NCBI GenBank assembly: GCA_964016885.1
Contig: OZ024751.1
Span: forward strand, 46,128,001-46,192,000
Direction: 5' to 3'
DNA from: Eledone cirrhosa
Lineage: Eukaryota
Length of the DNA stretch: 64,000 nucleotides
Shown here: piece after piece, positions 1 to 14,428 of the stretch
How the letters are laid out: the number at the start of each line of letters is the position of its first letter
Numbering within the stretch: the first letter of the stretch is position 1
Made by a program: the position numbers and the translations under genes
The notes under the pieces: generated by a model
The model's database searches: none
What the model was told of the DNA's origin: nothing
Seen by the model: only the letters and a program-made list of their open reading frames with translations

Positions 1-239
1 TTTCTTATCTTTTACAACCTTGCCACCAGGAAGGTGGCCGGTCAAAAAAATATACTCGAAATTAAGAGAAAGAGATAACATATATATATACATGGTGGTG
101 GCAGTATTGATGATGATGATGAAGATGATGATAATGTTGGTGATACTGCTGATAATGATGGTGGTTATGGTGATGATGGTGATGGGGATGATGATAGGAT
201 GAGTATGACGATAATGATGATGATACTGATAAACTAGGA

Positions 240-770
240 AATGGTGAGGAAAATAGGAAGAAGATGAAAAGAAAACTAAAAGAATAACAAATAGATAGAG
301 AAAGGAAGAAAGAAGCAAGGATGGATAAAAGGGAAAGAGAGAGGGGGAGAGAAAGAGAGAGGCGAGAGAGAGAGGGGGAGAAAGAAAGAGAGAAGAAAAG
401 AGAGGGGAAAGAAGGAAAAAGAGTTAAGGAGTGAAAGAAAGATGTTAAAGAAAGAGACAAAGGGGAAGAGAGAGAGGGAGAGAGGGAAAGAAATTGAAAG
501 AATGAAAGAGAGAGAAAGAGAGAGAGAGGGGGGGGGGAGATTGAAAGAATGAAAGAGAGGGAAAGAGAGAGGGGGTGATTGAAGGAAAACAAGAGAGAGA
601 AAGAAAGGTTGTGAAGAAAAGAAAGAGAGGAAAAGAAAAGAAGGAAAGAGGCAGAGAGAGGGGGGGGAGAAGGAAAAAGAGAAGAAAAGAGAGGGAAAGA
701 GTTAAGGAGTGAAAGAGTGAAAGAAAGAGACAAAGGGGAAGAGATTGAAAGAAAGAAAGAGAGGAAAAGA

Positions 771-806
<36 letters not shown>

Positions 807-1324
807 AAGGGAAAGAGATTGAAGGAAAACAAAAGAGAGAAGGAAAGGTTGTGAAGTAAAGAAAGAGATGGAAAAGAAGAGAAGGAAAGAGGCAGAGAGA
901 GACAGAGAGAGAGAGAAAGAGGGAGAGAGGGAGGGAGAGAGAGAGAGAAAGAGGGAGAGAGGGAGGGGGAGAGAGAGAGAGAAAGAGATTGAAAGAATGA
1001 AAGAGAGGGAAAGAGAGAGGGGGTGATTGAAGGAAAACAAAAGAGAGAAGGAAAGGTTGTGAAGAAAAGAAAGAGATGAAAAAGAAAATAAGGAAAGAGG
1101 CAGAGAGTGATAGAGAGAGAGAGAGAGAGAGAGAGAGGGGAGTGAAATAGTGAAAGAAAGAGACAAAGGGGAAGAGATTGAAAGAAAAAAAGAGAGGAAA
1201 AGAGAGAAAGAGGGAGAGAGATTGAAAGATTGAAAGAGAGTGAAAGAGAGAGAGTGGGGCGAGAGAGAGAGAGAAGGAAAGGTTGTGAAGTAAAGAAAGA
1301 GATGGAAAAGAAAGACGTGGAGAG

Positions 1325-1383
<59 letters not shown>

Positions 1384-1912
1384 GAGAGAGAGGGAGAGAG
1401 GGAGATGGAGAGAGAGAGAGAGAGAGAGGGAGAGAAAGAGAGAGATTAGTTTCTTGAATTTCAAAACAAGAACATAGCATATTTGGAATTGTTTGGAGAA
1501 ATTCTATATTTCGTATCACTCTCTCTCTCTCTCTCCATCTCTATCTCTCTCTTTCTTTCTCTCTCACTCTCTCTCTCTCTCTCTATCCCCCCTATCTCTA
1601 TCTCTCTATCTCTCTATCTATCTGTCTCTATCTATCTAACTATCTGTCTATCTATCTGTCTATCTGTCTGTATGTCTATCTATCTAATCTGCCTACCACT
1701 CTCTAATAATCTCTCTATCTCCCTAATAATCTCTCTATCTCTCTAATAATCTCTCTCTCTCTCTCTTTTCTCTCTCTCTTTCTCTAATAACCTTTCTATC
1801 TCTCTATCTCTCTATCTAATAATCTCTATCAATCTCTCAAATAACCTCTTTCCATCACTCTCAAATTATCTCTTTTTCTATCTAATAACCTCGCTATCTC
1901 TGTCTCTCTCTA

Positions 1913-1953
<41 letters not shown>

Positions 1954-2035
1954 ATATCTATCTAACTTCCCCCTTTGTATTTGTCCCCCTTCTTTTGTGC
2001 CCCTGTGGCTAATAAAGAAATCTATCTATCTATCA

Positions 2036-2072
<37 letters not shown>

Positions 2073-2211
2073 GATATCTATCTATATATCTATCTATATA
2101 TAATATATATATATATATATACATAGAGATAATATATATATTATGAAATACTGTTGCCTTCTTGCTCACATTAATTTCTCTATTTTCATTTATATAATAT
2201 ATATATATATA

Positions 2212-2304
<93 letters not shown>
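240..2304. repeat. Purine-rich (GA) complex tract (240-1445) followed by pyrimidine-rich (CT)/(CTAT) tracts
   Basis: Direct reading; recurring higher-order motif gattgaaggaaaacaa..gaaaggttgtgaag; (GATA)n at ~1325-1382. Confidence 0.9.
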
Positions 2305-2306
<2 letters not shown>

Positions 2307-3059
2307 TGACTTGCTCCATTTGTAGCTGACACAATACAGAGGAATCCCCTACAACCTGTTAATACAACTTTGCAGTCGCCATATACAGTTATACCAGCAG
2401 CATTAACCACAATCGCCCTCAGTCGAGCAGGAGATAAAGGGAAATAACTCTACATACTATCCGCAAATAATTTCAGTTTGGCACAAGGCCACACGTTCGG
2501 AAAAGTGGCGGTGGCGTTTGTAGTGATGGTGGTGGTGGTGGTGGTGGTGGTGATTGTAGTTTTGGTGGTAGTGGTGGTGGTGGTGGTAGTGGTGGTGGTG
2601 GTGGTGGTGTGGTGGTGATGGTAGTTTTGGTGGTAGTGGTGGTGGTGGTGGCAGCGGTAAAAGTGATGGTAGTAATAGTGGTGGTGGTGGTAGTGGTGGT
2701 GGTGGTAGTAGTGGTGGTGGTGGTGGTGGTGGTGGTGATGGTGTGGTAGTAGTTGGTTGTTGCGATGGTGGTGTGGTGATGGTTGATGTGGTGGTTTTGG
2801 TATAACGGTGGTAGTAGCAGTGGTTGTGGTGGTGGTAGTGGTTGTTGTATTGTTGGTGATGGTAGTAATGGAAGTGGTAGTTGTGTTAGTGGGGTGATAG
2901 CAGTACTGGGGTTGGGGATGGTAGTGGGGCTGATGGTGGAGCAACCGGCAACTCGAGAGATAAAAGTCTTCTAGTAGGATGTGTGGACAGCAAAAAGAGA
3001 CATTACAGAGGATAAGAGGACATAATAGAGGACATTATATATAACCATAAGAGGTCAGG

Positions 3060-4620
3060 CGTTACAAAAGCAGAGAAAAAACAACAACTAGACGGCATCA
3101 AGTCGTGATAATATTTCAAACCTCTGCATTAAGTCACTAGCAAACATATTTAATAATATACTGACAGAACTAGAAACAACATCTGATTGGTTCATAGAAG
3201 AGGAAAATTATCTGAATCTCCCTGACTAAAGATACAGCAAGCCCTGAAAACTACAGACACAAATCTCCTTGACTAAAGATACAGCAACTCCTGGAAACTA
3301 CAAACACAAATATCCTTGACTAAAGATACAGCAAGCCCTGGAAACTACAGACACAAATCTCCTTGACTAAAGATACAGCAAGCCCTGAAAACTACAGACA
3401 CAAATATCCTTGACTAAAGATACAGCAAGCCCTCAGATACAGCAAGCCCTGGAAACTACAGACACAAATCTGCTTGACTAAAGATACAGCAATCCCTGGA
3501 AACTACAAACCAAAATATCCTTGACTAAAGATACAGCAAGCCCTGGAAACTACAGACACAAATCTCCTTGACTAAAGATACAGCAAGCCCTGGAAACTAC
3601 AGACACAAATCTCCTTGACTAAAGATACAGCAACTCCTGGAAACTACAAACACAAATCTCCTTGACTAAAGATACAGCAACTCCTGGAAACTACAAACAC
3701 AAATATCCATGACTAAAGATACAGCAACTCCTGGAAACTACAGACACAAATCTCCTTGACTAAAGATTACAGCAAGCCCTGGAAACTACAGATACAAATC
3801 TCCTTGACTAAAGATACAGCAATCCCTGGAAACTACAAGCACAAATCTCCCTTGACTAAAGATACAGCAAGCCCTGGAAACTACAGACACAAATCTCCTT
3901 GACTAAAGATACAGCAAGCCCTGGAAACTACAGACACAAATCTCCCTTGACTAAAGATAACAGCAAGCACTGGAAACTACAGACACAAATCTCCTTGACT
4001 AAAGATACAGCAAGCCCTGGAAACTACAGACACAAATCTCCTTGACTAAAGATACAGCAAGCCCTGGAAACTACAGACACAAATCTCCTTGACTAAAGAT
4101 ACAGCAAGCACTGGAAACTACAGACACAAATCTCCTTGACTAAAGATACAGCAAGCCCTGGAAACTACAGACACAAATCTCCTTGACTAAAGATACAGCA
4201 AGCCCTGGAAACTACAGACACAAATCTCCTTGACTAAAGATACAGCAAGCCCTGGGAAACTACAGACACAAAAGCTGATTTAATACAACCTACAAAACCT
4301 TAACAGCAATAATATCGCAGAGGATAAATAAACATCTAGAAAACAAACTTAATCTTTTTTTTTTTTCAGAAGAGGAGTGGTAATGCCAAGGTTCATATGG
4401 CTGTAAAGATCAATTGCTGATCAAAGAAGTCATAATCGAAGAAGAAAGAAAAAAAAGTATAAGCATATAATGGATTGATTACCAGATAGCTTTTGACAGT
4501 GATCCCTATACGTGAATCCTAGAAACAGTAAACCGTGAGTAAGGTAACAACCCCAACAATAAATTAATGGATTGATTACAAGATAGCTTTTGACAATGAT
4601 CCCCAGGCGTGGATTCTGGA
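3060..4620 (+). mobile_element. Decayed non-LTR retrotransposon RT fragment (R4/Dong/NeSL-like), interrupted by a minisatellite
   Basis: Frameshifted peptides KSLANIFNNILTE..DWF, TKDTASPGNYR and GSYGCKDQLLIK, plus a degenerate WIDY..AFDS segment, resemble RT domains 0-3 of restriction-endonuclease-type LINEs. Confidence 0.55.
3218..4271 (+). repeat. 47-bp minisatellite, ~22 copies
   Basis: Unit tccttgactaaagatacagcaagccctggaaactacagacacaaatc, head-to-tail, no spacers. Confidence 0.95.
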
Positions 4621-4865
4621 AACAGTAGGCGTGAGTAAGGTAACACCAACAATAAATTAATGGATTTGACATGTCATAGGTAAATGGCAAAAAAAAAAAA
4701 ATCTGTAGATACAAATAAAAATAATGTATTATAAAAAACTAATCTCCATCCCCGTTAGAGGTTGAATATTGAAAGGTGACAATAGTACATCTATAGAGAT
4801 ATAGGCACTGCATAATACACACACACACACACGGACACACATACATATATATATATATATATATG

Positions 4866-4903
<38 letters not shown>

Positions 4904-4965
4904 GAGAGAGATGAGAGAGAAAGAGAAAGAGAGAGACATACACCTCATAATACATCTCTCTTTCG

Positions 4966-5032
<67 letters not shown>

Positions 5033-5056
5033 GAGAGAGAGAGACCTCATAATACA

Positions 5057-5130
<74 letters not shown>

Positions 5131-5215
5131 TATATAGAGAGAGAGACCTCATAATACATCTCTCTTTCTCTCTATATATATATATAAATGTATATATATA
5201 AATGTATATATATAA

Positions 5216-5259
<44 letters not shown>

Positions 5260-5274
5260 TTATATATATACATT

Positions 5275-5368
<94 letters not shown>

Positions 5369-5519
5369 GAGAGAGTGAGAGAGACACCTCATAGTACATC
5401 TATCTATATATATATACATATATATCGACAATAGTTCATACTGCATGACACTCGTGTCCATGTTTGCCCCCCCCCCCCCCCCGTGTAAGCAATAATCCGA
5501 TTGTTCTTTCCACAGGATA

Positions 5520-6202
5520 CAAATTTATGAAATTTGGCAGGAGTGGAAAGTCGATTAAAGCAACCCCAGTGCATTACTGGTACTTTATTTTATCGACCCA
5601 GTAAGGATGAAAGGCAAAGTTAACATCGGCGGGATTTGAACTCAGAATGTAAACGGCTGTAACTCTATGCCACGAAGCAGGGTGTCCGATGCTCTACCGA
5701 TTCTGCCAATTCACCGCCCTAATAATAATAATAATAATTGTTTCTACTTTTTAGCACAAGGCCAGCAATTACCTAGTGCTTTATTTTATCGACCCCCTAA
5801 GGATGAAAGGCAAAGTTAACCTCGACGGGATTTGAACTCAGACCATAAAGGGCCGTAACTCCATGCTGCAAAGCATGGCCTCAGACCCTCTACCGATACT
5901 GCCAATCCAATAATACTAATGGTTTCTACATTTGGCACAAGGCCAGCAATTACTCCAGTGTATTACTGGTACTTTATTTTATCGACCCCGTAAGGATGAA
6001 AGGCAAAGTTAACCTCGGCGGGATTTGAACTCAGTCCGTAAAGGGACGTAACTGTGCTGGAAAGCATGGCGTCCGACCCTCTACCGATACTGCCAATCCA
6101 CCTTCTTATTTAAGCACAAGGTCCCAAAAAAAATTTTTTTGCGGGCTGGGGTGAAGTCGACTAAATCAAGCCCAGTGCGTGACTGGTACTTTATTTTATC
6201 GA
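5520..6202 (-). mobile_element. Tandem cluster of 3 near-full and 1 partial tRNA-derived Nin-domain SINEs
   Basis: Minus strand has A-box-like TGGCAG(A/T)ATCGG, B-box GAGTTCAAATCC and core GCCTTTCATCCTTAC.GGGTCGATAAAAT.AAGTACC. Confidence 0.85.
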
Positions 6203-7339
6203 TAATAATACCCATGCGCAGCATATATACTTAATCCACCCCACCCCCACCCCCACCCTCACCCCCACCCCCTCCAATAAATAAACAACAACAACAACAA
6301 AAAAACAATCCGAAAACTGTATCGGAAGCCCCGAATAAGTCGAGAATCTATTATACATAGCATTCAATATATGATCTCTTAACTTAATTAATCAAATACA
6401 AGCTACTTAATCCTTTAAGGTATTTAAAGTTACTTGCCTCTTTTGTGGTGTTTACAGCTATTGACCCTTATTGAGGTGTTTGTAATTACTTATGGATGAT
6501 ATCTGTGTGTGGAAAGTGAGGAAAGAGTGCAGGACTGAATCCCTAACTTAGGAGTGTGTGTTGTTAGGATAGGAGATGCTGAACACATGTTATTACAGGG
6601 AGAAGAAAGAGTGGGAGAGGTAAAACGCAACCTTGCTGTACACCAAACTTTATATAATGTTGATGTTGACAGGATAGATTCACAGTTGTGCATATATTGA
6701 TAACTAGTATTAAATGGTGTCGGTGGTGTTGGTGTTGGTACAACTGGTGGTTGTGGTGTTGTTGTTGTTGGTGGTGGTGGTGTGGTGCTGGTGCTGGTGT
6801 GGTGGTGGTGGTGATGGTGATGGTGATGGTATTGGTGTGGTGGTGGTGGTGGTGGTGATGGTGATGGTGTTGGTGTGGTGGTGGTGGCGGTGTGGTGATA
6901 GTGGGGTGGTGGTGGTGATGTTGGTGTAGTGGTGGTGGTGATGGTGGTGATGATGGTGGTGGTGATGATGGTGGTGGTGATGGTGTGGTGGTGGTGTGGT
7001 GGGGTGGGGGACCACTAGAATAGTTCTGGTCGGATGGGAAAAAAGGAAAAAAAGTAAAGAGTGGGATATAAAGTAGATGGTGGTTGGGGAGGTGTTAGAG
7101 AGAGGGTGAATGAAAGAGAGAAGGTGTGTGTGTGAGAGAGAGAGAGAGAGAGGGTGTGAGAGAGAGAGAGAGGGAGTGAAAGAGAGAAGATGTGAGAGAG
7201 AGAGAGAGAGAGAGGGGGTGAGAGAGAGGGGGTGAGAGAGAGGGGGAGTGAAAGAGAGATAGGTGGCGCAGTGAGAGAGAGAGGATGTGAGAGAGAGAGG
7301 TGGCGTAGTGAGAGAGAGAGAGAGAGAGAGAGAGCGGGC

Positions 7340-7424
<85 letters not shown>

Positions 7425-7770
7425 TGAGACGGAGAGGGGCGGGGGGGGGGGGGGGGGGGGGGGGTCGAGTGTGAGAGAGAGGGGGAAGTGAGAGAAAGGG
7501 TGTGAGAGAGAGAGAGGAGTGAGAGAGAGAGGGGCCAGTGAGAAAGAGGGGGCGAGTGAGAGAGAGAGACAGGAGTGAGAAAGAGGGACAAAATGGACGG
7601 GTGGAAGGATTAGGGGTAATATAATACTTCGAAAAACAAGGGGTGTATGGAAAGAAAGTGCGAGAGAGAGGGGGAAGGGTGTTGTCATGGTGGGAGGAGT
7701 GGGTGAGAGAGCATTAGTTTCAAAGCAAATTTATCTACACATGTATATATATATATATATATATATACAC

Positions 7771-7871
<101 letters not shown>

Positions 7872-7876
7872 TACAA

Positions 7877-8044
<168 letters not shown>

Positions 8045-8189
8045 TTATATAAACACATATACACATGTAGATATATCAACAGACACACACATCCATATAC
8101 ACATACACACACACACATATGTATATATATATATATATAAATATGTATTATATAATACATGGTTACTACTGAGATACATATCTACATGC

Positions 8190-8236
<47 letters not shown>

Positions 8237-8286
8237 CACAGACAAATATATATATATATATAGATATTGTATATACTTGTCTGTGT

Positions 8287-8372
8287 ATCTCCTAGGTAAC
8301 AGCTGCAGCAGCAGGAGTAGCAGGTCACGTGACCGACATTGGAGATGGTAACCCGAGACAGGCAGCCATTTA
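8287..8372. promoter_or_regulatory. Candidate regulatory island: RFX X-box, 12-bp palindromic E-box and YY1-like motif
   Basis: ATCTCC-TA-GGTAAC (8287-8300) fits RYYNYY-WW-RRNRAC; GGTCACGTGACC at 8323-8334; AAATGGCTGCC on the minus strand ~8361-8371. Confidence 0.35.
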
Positions 8373-9088
8373 TCATGATTCGGTTTCGTCTGCCCACACA
8401 AGAAATGGCAATGCAACAGATAAACCCACCCTTCCCTTCGTCCCTCTACCGCCATGACCACCACCACCACCACCACCACCACCACCTCCACCATCACACC
8501 ATTACACCATTACACCATTACCACCACCACAATAACCGTCACCACCACCTCCATCAGTCACCACCACCACAACCACCACAGTCGCCACCACCACCACCAC
8601 CATCACACCATGACACCATTACCACAACCACAATCACCGTCACCACCACCATAGCCAGTCACCACCACCACCACCACCACCATCACCGCCACCACCACCA
8701 CCACCACAGTCACCACCATCACCCCCATCACACCATTACACCATTACCAAAACCACTACAGTCACCGTCACCACCACCACCACTTCCACCACCACCACCA
8801 ACACCACCACTTCCGTCACCATCACCACTACCACCACCACCACCGCCACCACTACTACCACCCCGTCACCACGACCATCACCTCCACCACCACCACCACC
8901 TCCGCCATCGTCCCCACCACGACCATCACCATCACCGCAACCAACACATCCACCATCTATGTCATAGCCACCACGACGCCATCGTTACCACCACCACCAC
9001 CATCACCACCGCTGCCACCAACAATTATCGCAAAAATTCCTCTTGATAGTCTGATTGATTCCGTTGCAGAAGGATTTCTGTGGGAAAG

Positions 9089-10263
9089 CCAATCCTGGTA
9101 CAGATCTTCCATCATTCCTTCTCGACATACCCCTCCAATCCTGATATAGACTTGATCCTCCTGGAACTGTTCAGATCTTCCATCATTCCTTCTCGACATA
9201 CCCCTCCAATCCTGATATAGACTTGATCCTCCTGGAACTGTCCAGATCTTCCATCATTCCTTCACGACATACCCCTCCAATCCTGATATAGACTTGATCC
9301 TCCTGGAACTGTCCAGATCTTCCATCATTCCTTCTCGACATACCCCTCCAATCCTGGTATAGACTTGATCCTCCTGGAACTGTCCAGGTCTTCCATCATT
9401 CCTTCTCGACATACCCCTCCAATCCTGGTATAGACTTGATCCTCCTGAAACTGTCCAGATGTTCCATCATTCCTTCACGACATACCACTCCAATCCTGGT
9501 TTAGACTTGATCCTCCTGGAACTGTTCAGATCTTCCATCATTCCTTCACGACATACCCCTCCAATCCTGATATAGACTTGATCCTCCTGAAACTGTCCAG
9601 ATCTTCCATCATTCCTTCACGACATACCACTCCAATCCTGGTTTAGACTTGATCCTTCTGGAACTGTCCAGATCTTCCATCATTCCTTCTCGACATACCC
9701 CTCCAATCCTGATATAGACTTGATCCTCCTGGAACTGTCCAGCTCTTCCAACATTCCTTCTCGACATACCCCTCCAATCCTGATATAGACTTGATCCTCC
9801 TGGAGCTGTTCAGATCTTCCATCATTCCTTCACGACATACCCCTCCAATCCTGGTTTAGACTTGATCCTCCTGGAACTGTTCAGATCTTCCATCATTCCT
9901 TCACGACATACCCTTCCAATCCTGGTTTAGACTTGATCCTCCTGAAACTGTCCAGATCTTCCATCATTCCTTCACGACATACCACTCCAATCCTGGTTTA
10001 GACTTGATCCTCCTGGAACTGTCCAGATCTTCCATCATTCCTTCACGACATACCCTTCCAATCCTGGTTTAGACTTGATCCTCCTGAAACTGTCCAGATG
10101 TTCCATCATTCCTTCACGACATACCCTTCCAATCCTGGTTTAGACTTGATCCTCCTGGAACTGTCCAGATCTTCCATCATTCCTTCACGACATACCCCTC
10201 CAATCCTGATATAGACTTGATCCTCCTGGAACTGTCCAGGTCTTCCATCATTCCTTCTCGACA
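9089..10263. repeat. 71-bp minisatellite, ~16 copies
   Basis: Unit ccaatcctgatatagacttgatcctcctggaactgtccagatcttccatcattccttctcgacatacccct; period measured 9135 to 9206. Confidence 0.95.
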
Positions 10264-10346
10264 CATCAAGTGTCCTGAACTGTCCAGAACAACGACATTC
10301 TTGATACACATTAAATATATATATAACTATATATATATATATATAT

Positions 10347-10536
10347 ATAGGAAACGAGTCAGGACCCCGACGGCAGAGCTCAAGCCGTTTCGACGGCTTT
10401 TTCTGGACCGTCGAAAGGGCTTGAGCTCTGCCATCGGGATCCTGCCTCTTTTCCTATTACCCACTCTACTACCCAAAGAATCGAGTACTCTGGTGGGTTA
10501 TGGTCCACCTGGTTCCTTGCCACACTTCCTTCGTTA
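10347..10536 (+). mobile_element. Short hairpin element in (TA)n (family A); related copies at 12958-13060, 34160-34200 and 59235-59430
   Basis: Inverted arms gaccccgacggcagagctcaagccgtttcgacgg / ccgtcgaaagggcttgagctctgccatcgggatc; GAAAC-stem-GTC half of an HHR; TA flanks. Confidence 0.75.
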
Positions 10537-10575
10537 TATATATATATATATATACATATATATACACACACACTA

Positions 10576-10633
<58 letters not shown>

Positions 10634-10635
10634 TG

Positions 10636-10702
<67 letters not shown>

Positions 10703-11588
10703 TGAAGGGTATTGTTGTTTGTTGTTAGTGGTAGTGGTGGTGGTGATTATGATAGGGGTGAGGTGGGGATGTGGGTGAAGGTGGTGGTGGTGGTGATGGT
10801 GGTAGTGATGGTAGTAAGAGTGGTAGTGGTGGCGTTAGTGAGGATAGTAGTATTTGGTGTTGTTAATGGTGTTGATGATGGCGGTGTCTTCGTTGAGTTC
10901 AGTTTTCAGATATGTTTCTTTAAATTCAAATCTTACCAGGTTCGATTCTACCTGTAATCCTTCCTCCCACCCTCCACCCGAGGAAATAACTACCAGTTAT
11001 CTACTGAGGCATTTATTCAACCCACTAGACACTACCCCATTACAACTTAATGTTGTGATGTTACCAGGGACCCTGGTAGGTGAGTTTGGGATCTTTTCAA
11101 AATCAAATCCTGACCTTAGTTAGTGGAACACTGAGTGTGACCAGGTGCCCTGTGATGTGATGTGACGTGATGTGACCAGGGGCCCTTGTCTCTGTGTTTC
11201 GGAGGATCTTTTCAACATCAAACCCCGACCTTAGCTCACATTTGCGCCCCAGGGGCAACTAACCGCGAATCAGCTGTATTTTTATCCAAAGCCACATTGT
11301 GTTTTTCTGTGCAGTTTCAACAACAAAGACTACTACAATAATATCATCATCATCAATAACAACAGAAACAACGATGACAACAACAGCTAGATGTACATAC
11401 ACACGCGTACACACACATACACACGCGTACACACACATACACGTACACACTCACACAAATATAAATATATAAGTTAGACATGTATATAAAGTTAGACATG
11501 GCCTGGGCCAATACTGGCCGAAACCTGTCATAGGCTCTGATACCATCAACACTATAAACACAGAGCTGGCATATCTAAGAACTGACTA

Positions 11589-11644
11589 ACTGCCTGATGA
11601 GGTCATAGCCATTCAATGGCTATCATCGAAATATATATAGCAGT
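11589..11644 (+). ncRNA. Minimal type I hammerhead ribozyme (Penelope-type)
   Basis: Stem I actgc/gcagt; CTGATGA; stem II ggtcatagcca-ttcaa-tggctatcatc; GAAA; palindromic loop III with AUA triplet; AATAAA follows at 11646. Confidence 0.8.
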
Positions 11645-11719
11645 AAATAAAGGATTATGAGTTCATGCAATTGACTTATGTTTCGTCACTATATATATAT
11701 ATAGTTTTAATATAGATGA

Positions 11720-11768
11720 GATTCTACAGGACTAGAACTGTTTCATTCTTTAGAAATCATCAGGAATC
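11720..11768 (-). ncRNA. Hammerhead ribozyme-like motif (family B)
   Basis: Minus strand: gattc CTGATGA tttctaaagaat GAA acag-ttctagtc-ctgt A gaatc, then ATTAAA and (TA)n. Confidence 0.65.
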
Positions 11769-12169
11769 CGGGTATCAAATAATAAATATGGTATTTATAG
11801 GTCTCTTCAGATGGTAAGAGAGGGTAGGGAGTGGGATGGGTAGAGGTCATTGATTGATAGAAAAGGGAATTCATTAAAAGCTAATTCTTTAAAGGTATAA
11901 TTTATATATATATATATTTATTTATTTATTTAGGTTTGTTGGTTCACCACTGGTCATTCCGTATGGTCAACCTCGATGTAATATTATGGAGAGCACTCAA
12001 CGTAATGCAACCCACCCATCTTCGTTTGTGTAGTTGGTGGTGCGAGTACGGAGTTAATTATTATAAAATAACAGGAGGCTGGACTGGTGTAAATCTTTGA
12101 AAGGTTTATTATACTATTATCATTTCAATGACCGGGTTCAGTATGAATTCGGTGACATCATCAGGTATT

Positions 12170-12250
<81 letters not shown>

Positions 12251-12374
12251 TATATACGTGTGTGGTAAGTACATACGTATGTATAAAAGTGTGTATACAT
12301 TTTTGGGGACACCATATACATATATATATATATATACATACATATATATATATCGATCAACTTTCGTCAAATCG

Positions 12375-12556
12375 AACCGAGGAAACAATGTTTTCGTCGG
12401 TCTTTCCAGTTGCTAATACTATCTATCGGTCGCAACTCCAGGTAGAAGGAGCAACGTGAAATAAAGTGTCTTGCTCAAGGACATAACGTATCGCCCGGTC
12501 CAGGAATCGAACTCACAACCTCTAGATTGTGAATCCACTCAGCCACACGCCTCCAC
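12375..12556 (-). mobile_element. tRNA-derived SINE, second family (related copies 36093-36358 +, 37150-37362 -, 40200-40385 -)
   Basis: gtgtccttgagcaagacactttatttcacgttgctcc core and B-box GAGTTCGATTCC on the minus strand. Confidence 0.75.
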
Positions 12557-12733
12557 TAATATATATATATGCTCTAATCTAATGATTAGAGCAAACATCA
12601 CGGACGCTCTATCTCAAAATTATTTTTGAAAAGCATTAGAAATGCGCAACCGGTAAAACTTAAAACCAAAACTGAATACTAACCAATACTATTACTAATT
12701 TTCACTTATTCCTAATGAAACTATTTTTCACTG

Positions 12734-12801
<68 letters not shown>

Positions 12802-13351
12802 GATAAATCTACCAAGAGTTTACGGTAGTAAATTCTAACACATATATATCCTAGAAACGATCGTTAAATAATGAACTTTTTTTGTTTAATATAAGGAACT
12901 GTTTCATTGTTTTATTCATTATTTGTTTAATATTTTATATATATATATATATATATATACTCGTTCCTATATATATATATATATATAGGAACGAGTAGGA
13001 CCCCGACGGCTGAGCTCAAGCCGTTTCGACGGCTAATTCTGGACTAAATGAACATTTTTATCCTGGTATATGAATAGCCGAGCTTCTCAGGGGGTAATTC
13101 CATATATGGTAAAAGTGATTGTCACAAGGATTGGTCAAAAGTTTGTTGTTGAGACACATAATTCTATCATAGCAGTAGAAGAAAGAGGGAGAGGGGGTGG
13201 AGGAAACCCAGTCGTGCATTGATAGTGCCAACTACAGCTGGGCAGGAGGTCAAGGAAGTATACTAGAGAGGGGGAGGGGGAGGAAGTCGAAACAATAAGT
13301 AAAACAATATGGGGTAAATATATAGAAAAATACCGAGAATGTTAAAAAAAC

Positions 13352-13401
<50 letters not shown>

Positions 13402-13470
13402 CATTTATATGTATATATATATATATATGTATATATATATCATATATATATATATATGTATATATATATC

Positions 13471-13505
<35 letters not shown>

Positions 13506-13718
13506 TTCAATCACAGATATTTTTTATTTGTTTGACTCGAATTACTTGATCGTTTTTTTGGCTATGCGAATGATTGTTTAACCATATCTCAGTGTGTTTG
13601 GCCTTTAACGTTTGTTATAGCTCTGGTTCATCTGAATCATTGAGCACTTGCCACACATCTCGGAGGTTGTTTTTCGTTATTTCGTGGGCCGAAATGCGAT
13701 TCTCGATAATTTATGTTT

Positions 13719-13755
<37 letters not shown>

Positions 13756-14113
13756 ACCAACACCACCACCACGGTACTATATTAACAATAAGTGATTTTG
13801 ATTTTTAAACATCCAACTATGAATTCTTTGATCTCTCCCTCCCTCTCCCTCTCTGTCTCAGTTGAAAATTGCAAACTTGACTGTCACCACACAATGTGAA
13901 CCTGAAGATTGCGAAAGCATGAAAGTACTTGTTCAATTAACACTTAACATTTAATATTCTACCATACTATTTCATTATAATATCATTATAAATTTTAAAG
14001 GATTGTAAATAAAACGAGTAAATCAGACATAGTTGGAATTCCTTTTATTAATATAATCTTCTATACACAATCATACACACCCGTGTATATTTATCTATCC
14101 CTCTCTCTCTCTA

Positions 14114-14170
<57 letters not shown>

Positions 14171-14356
14171 GAAGTTAGTAAGCCCGTGGGTACTAAGTAC
14201 CCCTGGAAATACGTAGGTTGTCTATGATTTAAGGTTGTTCTATGGTATCAATTTGACATACCAGAACTATAATATTAATATAAGCAGAACAAGCAAAATT
14301 CAACCAATTTTTTAAAATAAATTAAAAAATATAATTTAAATATTTACCTATATATA

Positions 14357-14428
<72 letters not shown>

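Noticed and set aside
2305-2490. Possible exon here and in other unique islands (6400-6700, 13862-13925, 16340-16500, 42993-43080, 60670-60780)
   Set aside because: No recognisable homology and no consistent splice and phase chain
5520-6102. tRNA genes
   Set aside because: The A/B boxes belong to SINE heads followed by the Nin core; no cloverleaf
10347-10457. Family A as a functional hammerhead
   Set aside because: Only the GAAAC-stem-GTC half is present; no CUGANGA-like core is consistent across the copies
12130-12170. HHR-like CTGATGA on the minus strand
   Set aside because: GAAA is mutated and stems I and II do not pair convincingly
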